A DNA stretch of 32,000 nt from Paramicrosporidium saccamoebae KSL3 (Eukaryota; Fungi; Cryptomycota), in contig MTSL01000072.1 of the NCBI GenBank assembly GCA_002794465.1, positions 50,035 to 82,034 on the forward strand, read 5' to 3'. This document shows positions 30,401-32,000 of this stretch, piece after piece (within the stretch, counting starts at the first letter, position 1; every line of letters begins with the position of its first letter). The notes beneath the pieces were generated by a model. The model was not told where the DNA came from, did no database searches, and was given only the letters and a program-made list of their open reading frames with translations. A program made the position numbers and the translations under genes.

Positions 30401-31767
30401 GGCCAAACAATCTGGCATGGCTTTGATACGATTACAAGAGACATTGAGGTGGGTGAGACGCGGTAGCTGGATCAAAGCGGCCAGCGCATCTCCCTCCAGA
30501 TAATTTGACGAGAGATCAAGATGAGTGATGCTTGGACAGATCAATATGGAAGATGGAATTGTAGTCAGCAAATTCCCAATCAACCTCAATAATCGCAGGC
30601 TTTCTAGCATTTCAAAGAGATCATCAGGCAGCGTCAACAAGGTATTTCGCGACAAATCAATGTACTCTAATGTCTTGGTATTCAAAAACATTGATGTTGG
30701 CATCACTGATAGATTGACGTCGGCAAGATATGCAGAGCGCTCAGTTATCCTGGCACGACCATTTCCAGAGATGGACATTCGGGGACGAGGAGAGGCAGCA
30801 GATTTGTTGGATGGATTCTCAGTGAAATCCTCTGATCGAGGGGGAGCAGGCGGATACTCCCGAAAGATGAACCGACAACAATACGAATGGTCCTCGCGTG
30901 CAATCTTTGTCAAATGATCAGTATCCTCATAGCCGATAGTCATCAAATAGCCCCGAAGCATCTGCACCGGCTTGTCGCCGTGTTCTAACAATCTCTCAGT
31001 GTTCCGATGCACAACATACAGGCGGAACCGACTCATATCTCGTTGAGAGGTAAACTTGTGCATCATTATGGTGCACAGTTGGGCGGCCGTAACATCTAGT
31101 TCGCAAGATACGGTTACATATGTATAGCCCGAACTGGCCACAACTTTGGACACGACGCCGTCTGCATTTTCGACCGGCTTAAAGACGCGGATAGCCCACA
31201 TATTCTCCAAATCGGTACCCTTATCCGTTGAGGATCTCCTAGGGCGGGGATTGACAGCATATGTCTCGCGACTCATAAAGCCCCAAGAACTGGGCGATTG
31301 CCAGCTGTAATCTTCCTTATCGCCCGAGGGTGGGCTGGTGCTGCTTGACTCGCCTTTTTCGCGCTGCTCAAAAAAGTCCTGGATGTCGCGGCGCATCTCG
31401 GCCTGTCTGGGATTGTCGCATTCCTCCACTGCGGACGCCAGTGGCGGGCATACCGGAAGAAACTACCAATCAGTCACACCAAACTAATTAATACCTCAGT
31501 CTCTGGCGACCTATTACCTTCACTCTTTGTCGTGTCTTCCTTGCGAATTTTCCCAAAAAAAGGAAACCTCCACTTGCGACTCTTACCGGCAGAATCTGTG
31601 GGCGAGTTGCCACTCTCTCGACGTTCCACTGGCGGCGGCTCAGGAACCGCCTCTGGAATCACCGAATACTTTCGTCGCGCAAGTGCTGGGTCGCTAGAGC
31701 TTAAAGGCGAGCTGTATAGGCCAGGAGTAGAGAATTTTCGTTGAGAGGACGATGGTCTGTCATCCAT
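27401..31767 (-). CDS. CYR1: Fungal-type adenylate cyclase (Ras-association, LRR, PP2C-like and class III cyclase domains), about 1434 aa, 3 exons
   Basis: Exons 31767-31495, 31462-27599 and 27568-27401; introns of 32 and 30 nt. LRR array, GLFDGRG/ANVGD PP2C-like region, catalytic FVFTDIK, YEVKTEGDAF, RMGIHFG and MDY.G....AARV. Confidence 0.93.
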
Positions 31768-31836
31768 CCTCCTATTGCCGATTTTGGAGCCATATGATTG
31801 GTAGCTCTGATGTATCTGTCGATCCGGTGGGATGGT

Positions 31837-32000
31837 TAGCTGGGTATTTGTGATTCTGCGACCAAATGCGGAATGCCTAGCTGGGTGATACGTGGTGGAT
31901 CAAATGTGAAAGGACTAGTTGGGCAATTGTTATTATGCAGCCAAATGCATAATGACTAGCTGGATGATTGTCATTATGCGGCCAGATGTGGAGCGACTCG
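31837..32000. repeat. About 41-bp imperfect tandem repeat upstream of CYR1; runs off the window end
   Basis: TAG(C/T)TGG anchors at 31837, 31878, 31916 and 31957 give periods of 41, 38 and 41; units share CCAAATG/TCAAATG/CCAGATG cores. Confidence 0.75.

Overview
A very gene-dense, intron-poor eukaryotic window with no prokaryotic features. It holds about 20 protein genes. I can place 22 spliceosomal introns, all only 29-40 nt long, and several intergenic gaps are under 60 nt. Fungal-type genes (Cyr1-architecture adenylate cyclase, ERMES Mmm1, NCA2) sit alongside an intact mitochondrial toolkit (PDH E2, PAM16, ICP55, MRPL49). This suggests a compact early-diverging fungal relative such as a rozellid or Paramicrosporidium-like organism; the taxonomy is inference. 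Gene order: three small orphan single-pass membrane ORFs, NCA2(-), RPC19(+), IMG2/MRPL49(+), BUB3(-), a 21-bp minisatellite, ARF1(-), PAM16(-), a 7TM GPCR-like gene(+), alpha-tubulin(+), MMM1(+), an interrupted MPP10(+), vigilin/SCP160(-), a secreted lipase-like orphan(-), a PTEN-C2-FH1-FH2 formin(-), LAT1(-), a short RRP7(-), ICP55(-), cytochrome b561(-) and CYR1(-). MRPL49, PAM16 and a 45-aa ORF are absent or only fragmentary in the ORF track and were rebuilt by hand through the mini-introns. The most notable observations are the MPP10 interruption or possible fission, a PTEN-domain formin with an intact CX5R motif, an adenylate cyclase lacking the transition-state Asn, a secreted lipase-fold protein with a Ser-to-Thr nucleophile change, two probable GC-AG introns, and repeated tandem duplications at gene ends. 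I found no tRNA, rRNA, CRISPR array or transposon.
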